From contig OZ244922.1 of the NCBI GenBank assembly GCA_965221905.1, forward strand, positions 3,039,504-3,071,503: 32,000 nucleotides of DNA. Direction: 5' to 3'. Below are positions 16,148 to 25,557 of the stretch, in pieces. A model generated the notes under the pieces. The model was given only the letters and a program-made list of their open reading frames with translations, searched no databases and was not told the origin of the DNA. The stretch comes from Chloroflexota bacterium (GTDB taxonomy: Bacteria; Chloroflexota; UBA11872; VXOZ01). Numbering within the stretch: position 1 is the first letter of the stretch; each line of letters begins with the position of its first letter. The position numbers and the translations under genes were made by a program.

Positions 16148-17433
16148 AGCGAATCGATCCTATCGATCACCCCGTAAACGCGACCGTTACCCTGCCGGGA
16201 TCGAAAAGCTATACCAACCGAGCGCTCATCATCGCCGCCATGGCCGCCGGGACGTCGCAGTTGCGACAGGCCCTCTTCAGCGACGACACCGTCTACATGG
16301 CCCAAGCGCTCCGGGAGCTTGGCATTCCCGTAACGGCGGATGAGACCACCAATACGTTCACTGTGGAAGGCCGGGGCGGCTCCATTCCCGCCAGCCGGGC
16401 CGATCTCTTCGTCGGTCTTTCCGGTACAAGCTCCCGCTTTCTCACGGCACTCGCCGCTTTGGGCCACGGTCAATACTGCATCAATGGGGTCGCGCGCATG
16501 CGCGAGCGTCCGATGCAACCCTTACTCGCAAGCATCCGTCAGCTTGGCGGCACGGTTCGGTCCCGTCATGACAACGACTGCCTGCCCATTGAGATTTCTG
16601 GGCACGGACTGCGTGGCGGTGCTGCCGTGATGGCCGGCGACCAGAGCAGCCAATACTTCAGTGCTCTCCTGATGGTAGCGCCATACATGACACAAGGACT
16701 TGATCTCTCTGTGGAAGGGCGCCTGATTCACGGTCAGTACATCACGATGACGATGAAGAGCATGGCGGACTTCGGGGTTGTGGCAACCGGCGAGGAAAAC
16801 AAGCGCTTCCGCGTGGCGCCCGGGCAACGCTATCAGGCCCGCACGTACGATATCGAACCGGACGCCTCAGCCGCTTCGTACTTCTTTGCTGCCGCTGCGC
16901 TTACGGGAGGTACCATGCGCGTGGAGAATCTCGGCGCTGACTCTGCCCAGGGAGACTTGGACTTTGTCGACGTGCTGTCAGAGATGGGCTGCAACGTTGA
17001 AAAGGGCGCCGATCACGTGAGAGTAACTGGGCCCGGAAAACTACGGGGCGTGGACGTTGACATGGGATCGCTCTCCGATACGTTCATGACTCTTGCCGCC
17101 CTTGCGCCGTTTGCGGACGGCCCGACCGTCATTCGCGGCATAGCGCACACCCGGCTGCAAGAAACCGACCGTGTCCATGCCACCGCCCAAGAGTTGCAGA
17201 AGCTCGGGGTTGCAGTTGAAGAATTCGAAGACGAACTACACATCAGGCCCGGCCCCATGCACGGGGCTACCATCGATCCCCACAACGACCACCGCATTGC
17301 CATGAGCTTTGCGCTGGTGGGTCTACGGCAGCCTGGTGTTGTAATCGGCAATCCCGCTTGCGTAGCCAAGACATTCCCCGATTTCTTTGACCGTTTGGAT
17401 GCGGCAACATCCCCCACCAGCGCGCCGGTCTAG
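16144..17433 (+). CDS. aroA: 3-phosphoshikimate 1-carboxyvinyltransferase (EPSP synthase)
   Basis: LPGSKSYTNRALIIAA, GLSGTSSRFL, RMRERPM, SSQYFSALLM, DHRIAMSF and FPDFF are all hallmark EPSPS motifs. Confidence 0.95.
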   Translation: MKRIDPIDHPVNATVTLPGSKSYTNRALIIAAMAAGTSQLRQALFSDDTVYMAQALRELGIPVTADETTNTFTVEGRGGSIPASRADLFVGLSGTSSRFLTALAALGHGQYCINGVARMRERPMQPLLASIRQLGGTVRSRHDNDCLPIEISGHGLRGGAAVMAGDQSSQYFSALLMVAPYMTQGLDLSVEGRLIHGQYITMTMKSMADFGVVATGEENKRFRVAPGQRYQARTYDIEPDASAASYFFAAAALTGGTMRVENLGADSAQGDLDFVDVLSEMGCNVEKGADHVRVTGPGKLRGVDVDMGSLSDTFMTLAALAPFADGPTVIRGIAHTRLQETDRVHATAQELQKLGVAVEEFEDELHIRPGPMHGATIDPHNDHRIAMSFALVGLRQPGVVIGNPACVAKTFPDFFDRLDAATSPTSAPV

Positions 17434-17793
17434 CGTGTAATGCCGCCATTGCGCCTGCGATCGGCTTGGGTCTGTCCGGTATTTCGGAGGGATGTGCTAT
17501 TAACGTGGTTTCATGCGCCTTTGGCTGAATTCCTCCCGCTTGCTTCTCGCTCAATGTGCTGCCGCTCAGTCCAGGAGCGGGCCTCCCTAACGCAGTCGCA
17601 AGAGCGTTGGCTGTAAAGCTCACGGTCGGAAGGACACTAGTGCCGCGCGGTGAAGGGGAAGGACTCAACTCGCACAGGGCTGCGGAAAATTCCATTGAGA
17701 CCGGTCGTAATCGCGTTGTTGCAGAGGCGCTCTGCCTAGCGTAGAGTGAGGTTATCCCGTTAGGTAGCAAGCAACTATATACGAGAAACACGC

Positions 17794-18540
17794 ATGCCCA
17801 GGCAAGAGAGCATCTCTGTCTTTTTTCCCGCCTACAACGATGAGCACACGATTGGTACCCTCGTAGAGCAGTCCATTTCCGTGATTGAACGGCTGGGATT
17901 CACTGACTATGAGGTCATCGCCATCAATGACGGCAGCGAAGACGGCACAGCGGCAGTGCTGGCGCGGTTGGAAAGCGATCTACCGCAATTTCGCGTGATT
18001 ACGCACCCAAAGAATCGCGGCTATGGCGGGGCGCTCCGCAGCGGCTTCAGCGCAGCCTGTAAAGACTTGGTCTTCTACACTGACGGCGACGCCCAGTATG
18101 ACGTGGAAGAGCTACCATTGCTCTTGGAAAAACTGGCGGATGCCGTTGACGTTGTGAACGGCTACAAAATTTCACGGAAAGATTTCTGGGTTCGAGATAT
18201 TGTTGGAAAGCTGTATCGCAGCACTATGCGTTTGTTCTTCAAGACACCGATTCAAGACATTGACTGTGATTTCCGCCTCATCCGGCGTCGGGCATTGGAC
18301 TCAATTCACCTTACTATGAATAGTGGCGCCATTTGCTTAGAGCTCGTCGCAGAGCTAGCTGCTAGTGGCTCCCGCTTCGCCGAGGTAGGCGTGACACATC
18401 TTCCCCGTCAATATGGCCGCTCACAGTTCTTTCGTCCGCGCCACATCATTCAGACGTTGGCGGATGATTTTCGCTTTTGGTTTCGCTTGCGCCAGGCGCG
18501 CCGATCCTACATCGCGCGGGAAGAGCAAGATACCCCCTAG
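17794..18540 (+). CDS. Family-2 glycosyltransferase, polyprenyl-phosphate sugar synthase type (DPM1/GtrB/ArnC-like)
   Basis: ISVFFPAYNDE, AINDGSEDGT, NRGYGGALRSG and YTDGDAQYD (DxD) fit the GT-A fold of the Dpm1/GtrB subgroup. No C-terminal TM domain. Confidence 0.9.
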   Translation: MPRQESISVFFPAYNDEHTIGTLVEQSISVIERLGFTDYEVIAINDGSEDGTAAVLARLESDLPQFRVITHPKNRGYGGALRSGFSAACKDLVFYTDGDAQYDVEELPLLLEKLADAVDVVNGYKISRKDFWVRDIVGKLYRSTMRLFFKTPIQDIDCDFRLIRRRALDSIHLTMNSGAICLELVAELAASGSRFAEVGVTHLPRQYGRSQFFRPRHIIQTLADDFRFWFRLRQARRSYIAREEQDTP

Positions 18541-18862
18541 GCACGCTTTCAACCTCGCCTGTGCTCTCCAATTGCGGCTAAGACTCTCTCCCAGTTCGCC
18601 CTAGAACCATGCTGCCCTAAGCCCAATCTAAACTGAAGGCAACCTGTCAAGAGACATGGACTGCGATCGGGGATTTTGGCAATCCTTGCCACGTATTTCC
18701 CAAACCAGCGAGAGTTTCCAGGCCAAATTCTAGTACATACGAAGTCGTTCGCAGCCGAGCGCCTTGGCTGAGAATACCACCACTGGCCGACTCCTTCTAA
18801 GCCAGGCACCGTCTACATAGCGTGTTTGCTACAGTGCGCGATTGCCTGCTACTATCGCTTGT

Positions 18863-21139
18863 ATGAGGCGCTTTCACTCTACTCATGCGACACCGCTCGC
18901 AGGATTCCATCCCTCCCTGGAAGACGCACCGAAGCACACACTGCGGCTGCTTGGCGTAATATTCCTCTTCTTTTTCTTGGTGTACGTCTTGACTGCAGGC
19001 GGTCATGAGTATAGCCCTGACGGACGCTTTGCGTACAACATGGGGCAAAGTCTCATATTGGACCCCGATCACGCCTACTTAAGGCAAGAATATCGCGGTC
19101 TGGCGTGGTGGGGAATTGGGTTACCCTTGCTCTTCCAACCTACCTTGGTCTTGGGCGGCATGATCAGCCCCTTGCTGCCGCAGAAGGACACTTTTGAGCA
19201 CGAGGGGCGCACGTATGTGCTCGGAGACTATCCTGTACTCGCATTTAGAGGCACTCCCAATAGGGTGGAGACGTTCTACATTCCTATTAAGGACGTGCGC
19301 GCCAGAGGTCTTGTTATTTTTTCCTACCTGGCGTCGTCCTTAGAGATCAGTGAAGGTACACGAGTCGCCACAGTCACGTTAGATACCGTTCCGACAGGCA
19401 GATTCTTTGGAGAGATGATAGCTGGGCGAGACACGGCGGAGTGGGCATACGACCGCCCGGACGTGCGCGGTAAGGTGGCACACGGCAAGGCAAGTGCCGC
19501 GGCGAGCCGTATTGGGATCCCAAGTTCCAGCATTTACGTTTCCGAACTGCTCTTTCCGCAGAGCGTGACCGTAAAGAGCGTGACCATCCAGTATCTGGCT
19601 AACGAAGGCAACTTGCACATTTCATCCCTCAACCTCATCGATGCCGAAACTGACCAGCCGATAATGATCGGCGCCCGAGGTAGGGTCTGGTCCGAGCGGG
19701 AAAACAGCGGCTTCTTCACGCGCTTGTTTGCTCTATTCACCAACGCCTGGGTAACGGCCCTGAACGCCGTACTGTTATTTCTCATTGCGCGTCGACTTGG
19801 GTATCACGGCCACGTTGCACTTTCCTTGACATTCCTATTTGGTTTTGCAACGCTTGCGTGGCCGTACGCAAAATACGACTTCGCTGAACCAGGCGTTACG
19901 CTAGCGCTTCTTGGCACAGTCTACTTCCTGCTGCGCGGTCTCCAAGACCAGCAGTTAGGCTGGCTGCTTGTTGGTGGATTTACAATACTAGGCGGCATCG
20001 CCATAAAATACGTAACGGCCATGAATCTTGCTATACTGGCAGCTATCCCGGCACTTGTCACTTTGCAAAGCGCCAACCGGTCTCTGCGAACCCTTGCCCG
20101 GGCCCTCGCACGCACCATCGTGTTTTTGGCCCCAGCAGGCGTACTCGGTTCGGCAGCACTTGCCGTACTCGTATTCGTTCTTAACATACGGCCTCCTGTG
20201 CTGACGAATTTCGCTGACAGGTTTGCTGCCTGGCTTGACCTCCCAATCTGGATCGGCCTCTACGGCAACCTGCTGAGTCCGGGAAAGAGCGTCTTCCTCT
20301 ATGCGCCGCCCCTGATCCTGGCCCTATTCGGCAGCCTACCCTTTATTTCACGGCACAAGTGGTGGGCGCTGCCCTTTATTGGAATACCGCTGCTTTATTT
20401 GCTGGTCTATAGCGCCAAGGGTGTCTGGTACGGAGGCAGTAGCTGGGGGCCGCGCTATCTGGTTCCGGCGGTACCCCTCTTCCTCGTCATGGCCTCTCCT
20501 ATAATCGAGAAAGCCATCTTCGACAATGGCATCAGGGAGCTTCGGGCAACTCTAGTGCTAGGTGCTACCGGAATCGGCATCCAGATTCTTGCAATTGCCA
20601 ATCACTTCGACTGGTACTTCGGCCTGTTGCGCTCCCAGATCCTCCCGCAAGTACCGGAAAGCGGTGCTTTTCTCGCCGGTCGAGTGGGTCAAGCCTATTT
20701 TGCCCACCCTACGAACAACCCTTGGGATCAAGAGAATGTCCTATATCTTTTCGCGGCTCCGTTTTCACCCATCTTTGCCCATGTCTGGATGCTGGCAGCA
20801 GACTTCGCAAAACTCTTCTTGCCGACACGACCCGACCTCCTCCTCGGTATACTCGGTCACCCGCCCTGGTCTATTCTCGGCGTTGCCATATGGCCGCAGA
20901 ATCCAGAATACCTCCTGGGCCTTGACTTTTGGTCTATGATTCTCTGGCGGGAATATTCCAATCACATGTTCTTTCTGGCGATCGTGCTGATCGTTGTCTT
21001 GGCCGTAGAAGCGGCAATCCTCTATTGCTGGTCCTGGCTGTGCCGGAAATTTGAACTGCCCCTGCGTCTCTATTGGGGCGGGATTGCCGGCTTGGCGGCG
21101 TTTTTCATTCTCTTCGACATGGCTCACATCCTGCAGTAG
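18863..21139 (+). CDS. Polytopic membrane protein, probable GT-C-fold (ArnT/PMT_2-like) glycosyltransferase with a loop insertion of about 175 aa
   Basis: About 13 TM segments. The first-loop acidic motif GGHEYSPDGRFAYNMGQSL (18998-19054) is analogous to the D/E-x-x-Y/H loop of ArnT/PMT enzymes. A beta-rich insertion is encoded at about 19184-19712. GPRYLVP motif. The ORF opens at a TTG at 18842; the first ATG is at 18863. Confidence 0.7.
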   Translation: MRRFHSTHATPLAGFHPSLEDAPKHTLRLLGVIFLFFFLVYVLTAGGHEYSPDGRFAYNMGQSLILDPDHAYLRQEYRGLAWWGIGLPLLFQPTLVLGGMISPLLPQKDTFEHEGRTYVLGDYPVLAFRGTPNRVETFYIPIKDVRARGLVIFSYLASSLEISEGTRVATVTLDTVPTGRFFGEMIAGRDTAEWAYDRPDVRGKVAHGKASAAASRIGIPSSSIYVSELLFPQSVTVKSVTIQYLANEGNLHISSLNLIDAETDQPIMIGARGRVWSERENSGFFTRLFALFTNAWVTALNAVLLFLIARRLGYHGHVALSLTFLFGFATLAWPYAKYDFAEPGVTLALLGTVYFLLRGLQDQQLGWLLVGGFTILGGIAIKYVTAMNLAILAAIPALVTLQSANRSLRTLARALARTIVFLAPAGVLGSAALAVLVFVLNIRPPVLTNFADRFAAWLDLPIWIGLYGNLLSPGKSVFLYAPPLILALFGSLPFISRHKWWALPFIGIPLLYLLVYSAKGVWYGGSSWGPRYLVPAVPLFLVMASPIIEKAIFDNGIRELRATLVLGATGIGIQILAIANHFDWYFGLLRSQILPQVPESGAFLAGRVGQAYFAHPTNNPWDQENVLYLFAAPFSPIFAHVWMLAADFAKLFLPTRPDLLLGILGHPPWSILGVAIWPQNPEYLLGLDFWSMILWREYSNHMFFLAIVLIVVLAVEAAILYCWSWLCRKFELPLRLYWGGIAGLAAFFILFDMAHILQ

Positions 21140-21408
21140 CTACAGCGTGCGCTGTAACGGGCTCTGGGCGGCCCGTGCCGGAGCCACTTGAAGAGGTGGG
21201 CTTAGTAGCGGCCGCCCTGCCTATTCAATCACACAGCAGCGGCGGCACTCGACTATGCGGCAATGCAGGTACGGTTTGGTGAGAATCGCCCGCCGCAGAC
21301 ACGCCTCAGATAGGAATTGAAGCCTGAATGAAGTGCCGCTTTAACTCAATGAGACGCAGCGAGAGACAGTCCACAGGGGTGGTGGAACTCAAGAGACAAG
21401 AGCGAGAC

Positions 21409-21813
21409 CTACACGTTGCACGGAATTATTTGCACTGCCACTGTGCGCCGCGGGCGCGGCCCGTCAAGCTCCACGAAGAAGACGCTTTGCCAGGTCCCCA
21501 GAACCAAACGGCCTTCATGGACCGGGATCATAAGATTGCTCCCTACGATCCCTGCGGTTAGGTGTGACCGCGCATTGTTGTCCAGGCAGTCATGCCGATA
21601 ATGAGCTTGCGGTAACAGTGCTTCCACAACGGTTTCGAAGTCCTGCTTTAGGCCATGCTCGTTCTCGTTGACAATCAAGCAAGAGGTAGTATGCAAACAG
21701 AAGACACTGCATACACCTTCATGTATGCCGGATTCCCCTACAGCGTCGTGAAGATCGCTGGTTATGTCGAGGAGTTCAGTTGATTGTGTGGAAGCAAGAG
21801 TAATCGTCTTCAT
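21409..21813 (-). CDS. YjbQ/UPF0047-family protein (secondary thiamine-phosphate synthase family)
   Basis: MKTITLASTQSTELLDITSDL..., GVCSVFCLHTTSCLIVNENE, NARSHL and LGTWQSVFFVELDGPRPR are typical of YjbQ. The start is the ATG at 21813; the ORF extends to 21855. Confidence 0.85.
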   Translation of the reverse strand: MKTITLASTQSTELLDITSDLHDAVGESGIHEGVCSVFCLHTTSCLIVNENEHGLKQDFETVVEALLPQAHYRHDCLDNNARSHLTAGIVGSNLMIPVHEGRLVLGTWQSVFFVELDGPRPRRTVAVQIIPCNV

Positions 21814-22309
21814 AGCTCTAATCTCACAATACCACACGCTTCCGCACCCAAACAAAGACGCAAGGTAAGATTTCTCTCAGCTTGCTATGTGCACAGACTC
21901 AGTCTTTTATTTCCAAATAGTCGGCCCCCCACGGAGGAAATCACAAGGAGAGATTCTTCTTCCTTACCAAAGCCGTCATTCGGCCCCGTACATTCTCTTC
22001 GACCAACGTAGTTTCGGGCGCAGTTTGTGCTCACGTGCAGGATGTTTCGCGAGCTCTTGCACACGCCTTCACTCCTGCCCGTTCATCCAGGAAGGACGAC
22101 AAGAAGTGGTCCGAAAGCCACTTCTTATGCCCTCGTTGCACTACATAGTACGAGACGTCCATCGCGACAAAGCAGTCAGGTCGCAGGCGGCCGGCTTTAC
22201 TACTCCAGAATCTCAGTCCTGTCACACGGACTACTGCCACGATGGGCACTACAGGTGACGCGGCGCCGCTGTTATTCAAGACATTTGCAGAGACAAGAAT
22301 GAGTCATGC

Positions 22310-25300
22310 CTACCTCCCCGCATCACTCATTCCTACAGTTCGCGACTGCGTTCGGGTAGTCGCATAAATGAGAGCGCACAACGCTGCAGACAACCAGAAC
22401 CAACTTGCCAAGTCCGGCAGGAAATAGTAATTATCCAACAGCCCATGGCTCACTGCGGCGAGTTGGCTCCCAGCGAGACCAACGCCCATGGCGCGAGCCG
22501 CTCCTTCGTCGCTGCTATAGACTATGCGGTGTGTGAACAGGAAAAATCGCACGAGATAACCGACTATAAAAACAAGACCCACTATTCCAAGGCGTAGCCA
22601 AAAGTCGAGGAAGAGGTTATGGGGGTGCGAGAGGTTTGGTTCACGCCAGGCTGCCGGGTTCAAGTACTGCGCATGGACATAGAGGAAGTTGTCCAGTCCG
22701 ACGCCCGTAATTGGGTAATCTGCGATCATTCGGAGTGAAGACTGCCCTTGAATTAGCCGCGTATGCGTGGTCGTGCCCGGCTCCAGACTCAGCAGCGAGC
22801 GCACGCGCTCCGGGCCGAAGGAGACGCCTCCAGCTACCAGCAGCACTGTCACCAGCACAACGCCCCCCACGATACGAACCCGTTGTCTGCCAGCCGGAAT
22901 GAGCACCCAAATGATGAATAGCAGCAATACGAACCCGGCTATCCAGCCTGCGCGCGAAAAGCTGCCCAGTAGCGTGAGCGCCAGGATACCTGCAATCGGC
23001 CACGCCACCCGGGAGGGCCACAGCTTGAATATGCCTGCAGCGACCACAAAGGGCAGTGCGCGCTCCACTATCATTGCCAGATGATTTGGCGAGGGATAGA
23101 AACCCGTAAGCCGCATCACTCCTTCCGCCCTTACCACGGAGCTGGGAGCGAGGATCGGCTCTGCGAGTGCTGCGACGGCCGCAATTACGGCCCCCGCCAC
23201 AAATGCCTGTATCAACCACCAGGCCTGTTGGCGATTTTCCAAAAGCCAGCTCGCCACCAGAAACAAGAGAACCGGCACGATGATCGTCTGCCGTAGCTCA
23301 CGCAGGCTAAAGACCGCGTAATGCGAAAACAGAAGGGAAACCGCCCCGATCCCGATCAGACCGATTGCCCACCATGAGAACTCGCGCCGCGGGAACGGTA
23401 AGCGCTGTTGAATGTACGCGTGCGCGATGAGCGATCCCGTAAGCAGCACCGCCAAAGTCTCGCTAACCGGCAGTGTCAGACGGCCAGCGGCGGGTATCAG
23501 CACGGTAAAGGGCAGTGTTAGCGCTAGCACGAACAGCAGCGCACGAGGCCAAACGAGCGCACCGAGGGCGAGCAATGCCACAACCAGAATCTGTGGCCCC
23601 GTTCCCGGTGCCATCCAGAGCACCACGGACATCGCGAGGAGCAACGCAAACCTAGCCCGTTCAAATCGCCATACGCCGCTCGCGGTCCATCCCACGGCCC
23701 TCTGGAAAATCCGGTGCGCCCAGCGCCGCTGCCGCAGCCATCCGGTCAGGACCCAGCCCAACGCAGCAAAGAAACCCACGTAGAGTCCGCCCAGAGTGAC
23801 ATAGGGCCACAGCGGTCGTTCGCGAACCACTACCACCGCATCGATGTCTATGCCGGAGGCGCTAGACTGCGGGCTGTGCTCGCCTTTCACCACAACTTCG
23901 ACGTCGTGCACGCGGTCCGGGAGTCGATCTGCCAGCAACACCTCTTCCTGCCATCGGTCCTCGGGAGCATAGAGATCAAGAATGGCCTGTCCACCCGCGT
24001 CTTTGTCCAACCGGTGTGCCAGCGACTGTGTGCCGTTGATGCGAACAAGCGCGAAGCCTTTGTCCGGCCCTTTGTTCACCACCAGCGAAACCGCAGTACC
24101 CCGAAAGTGAAAGCGCAGGCGGGCGCCCGCCAGCGGACTGCCCCGCGCCTGACCCAACGAATAGCGTTCGTGCTCGATGTCAATCCATTCGCTCTCCCAA
24201 TTGAGCGCCGGATGCGTTTCCTGATGGTAGCCGGGACCCAGGACGGGTGGCGCGCGCATCAACTCCTGCATTGCCGTAAGCACCGGCCGCGGCGCAAAGT
24301 TCGCATCCACAATGCCGAAGTACTGTGTGGGGTCATCGGGGTCGGCTTGGGCCCAATAGAAGTGCCAGAGGTTAATCATCGGCATCCACGGCCACTCAGC
24401 CTGTGCGCGCTGCATCCCCTCTACGGTATAGCGCGCCTGTGTCTCCTCCGACACATTGCCCCACGGCGAAGGCTTGCCCTGCCAGTCCGGCGGCAGCGCA
24501 ACCCACCCGTACTCACCGGCCCAGACGGGTTTTGCCGCGTCGCCATTTCTCACCATAACTTCACGAAAAAGAACCGCCCGCGAGAGATTGGTGCGGTGCG
24601 GTGCGACGTAACGGTCGTCCGGGGCATGCCACAACCCATAGGCTGCGCTACTCGCCACGTCGAAGTAGGGTGCACCGCCATGCTCATACATCCCCTGCAG
24701 GAAGATAAGTTCGCTGAGGTTCTTTGGGCCGGTCTCAATGGTAGGCGCGAGTACGGCGGCGACAATAATCGCCTCCGGATTCGCCTCCCGAATCCGCTGC
24801 GAAGCAACTTTCAGCATCTCAACGTATGCCGCCGGATCCGGGTTGTGCGGCCACCATTCTCCATAGAGATTGGGCTCGTTCCAGACCTGAAAGATCTGCA
24901 CGTCCCCGCGATACCGCTGCGCGAACGCATACGCGAAGTCGCCAAAGTCCTCGAGTCGCTCCGGCGGCCCTTGGTTACGCCCATCATCCGGCGGTTGGCG
25001 ATTAGGATACGCCCAGGGCGGCGGCCGTTCGAGGCGGGCGATGATGGTTAGGTTGTGTTGCTTGGCCAGTGCTACCAGCCGGTCGTACTTCTTCCAACTG
25101 CTTTCCTGCAGAAGGTCGTTCCAGTACCTGCCCTTCAGCGGGCGCTCGATGTCTTCCCAGGGAAAGACCTGCCGAATGTAGGTAAAGCCAGCTTCCTCCA
25201 AGAGCGCCATGCCGCGCTCCACTCGTTCCCAGTCCGGCTCCTGGTCGAAGCGCGTGTTGATGCCGTAGCGGTATACGGCGGCATTCTGGATCGGGTAAAT

Positions 25301-25471
25301 CAAATCGCGTCCGTAGGCAACACCGGTTTCAAACCAAAAGCGGAAACCCACCAGTGCAAGCGTCGCCCCGACAAGCAAGATGAGGTAGCCAATTAAAAAG
25401 TAGAATCGCTTCATATTTGGATAGTCTGCATCTGAATGCCCGCGCTCACGCGAGGCAACGGCACGCGGCAT
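22310..25471 (-). CDS. Fusion protein: signal-anchor + clan GH-A glycoside hydrolase + beta-sandwich module + O-antigen ligase/polymerase (Wzy_C-type) membrane domain
   Basis: Residues 21-45 form a TM anchor. A (beta/alpha)8-type GH carries VWNEPN (Glu codon at 24875-24877) and AGEYGW (Glu codon at 24512-24514). A module of about 140 aa (about 23822-24244) follows. Residues 555-1053 have at least 10 TM segments with SFSRAGW and GVGLDNF...HPHNLFLDFWLRLGIVG, which are typical of the WaaL/Wzy family. An alternative start is the ATG at 25414 (MKRFYF...). Confidence 0.85.
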   Translation of the reverse strand: MPRAVASRERGHSDADYPNMKRFYFLIGYLILLVGATLALVGFRFWFETGVAYGRDLIYPIQNAAVYRYGINTRFDQEPDWERVERGMALLEEAGFTYIRQVFPWEDIERPLKGRYWNDLLQESSWKKYDRLVALAKQHNLTIIARLERPPPWAYPNRQPPDDGRNQGPPERLEDFGDFAYAFAQRYRGDVQIFQVWNEPNLYGEWWPHNPDPAAYVEMLKVASQRIREANPEAIIVAAVLAPTIETGPKNLSELIFLQGMYEHGGAPYFDVASSAAYGLWHAPDDRYVAPHRTNLSRAVLFREVMVRNGDAAKPVWAGEYGWVALPPDWQGKPSPWGNVSEETQARYTVEGMQRAQAEWPWMPMINLWHFYWAQADPDDPTQYFGIVDANFAPRPVLTAMQELMRAPPVLGPGYHQETHPALNWESEWIDIEHERYSLGQARGSPLAGARLRFHFRGTAVSLVVNKGPDKGFALVRINGTQSLAHRLDKDAGGQAILDLYAPEDRWQEEVLLADRLPDRVHDVEVVVKGEHSPQSSASGIDIDAVVVVRERPLWPYVTLGGLYVGFFAALGWVLTGWLRQRRWAHRIFQRAVGWTASGVWRFERARFALLLAMSVVLWMAPGTGPQILVVALLALGALVWPRALLFVLALTLPFTVLIPAAGRLTLPVSETLAVLLTGSLIAHAYIQQRLPFPRREFSWWAIGLIGIGAVSLLFSHYAVFSLRELRQTIIVPVLLFLVASWLLENRQQAWWLIQAFVAGAVIAAVAALAEPILAPSSVVRAEGVMRLTGFYPSPNHLAMIVERALPFVVAAGIFKLWPSRVAWPIAGILALTLLGSFSRAGWIAGFVLLLFIIWVLIPAGRQRVRIVGGVVLVTVLLVAGGVSFGPERVRSLLSLEPGTTTHTRLIQGQSSLRMIADYPITGVGLDNFLYVHAQYLNPAAWREPNLSHPHNLFLDFWLRLGIVGLVFIVGYLVRFFLFTHRIVYSSDEGAARAMGVGLAGSQLAAVSHGLLDNYYFLPDLASWFWLSAALCALIYATTRTQSRTVGMSDAGR

Positions 25472-25557
25472 TGAACCACGAGGCGGCCGTTTGCTCGCGT
25501 GCCTATGGGCGCCTGCTGATCGACGCCGGCACTACTCCGGCCGGGAGCCTGAAGGCG

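Noticed and set aside
17267-17791. 174-aa minus-strand ORF spanning the aroA 3' end and the downstream gap
   Set aside because: It overlaps aroA in antisense, is Pro/Ala/Ser-rich and low-complexity, and has no motif.
22031-22279. 82-aa minus-strand ORF (…DVSYYVVQRGHKKWLSDHFL…), considered as a GIY-YIG or RNase H N-terminal-like remnant
   Set aside because: The resemblance is limited to a YYV..RG.K string. It overlaps two other ORFs in a lower-GC region, and there is no SD sequence. I treat it as non-coding unless a search says otherwise.
23714-25051. 445-aa ORF on the plus strand
   Set aside because: It is antisense to the GH domain of the 1053-aa fusion gene and has Arg-rich shadow-frame composition.
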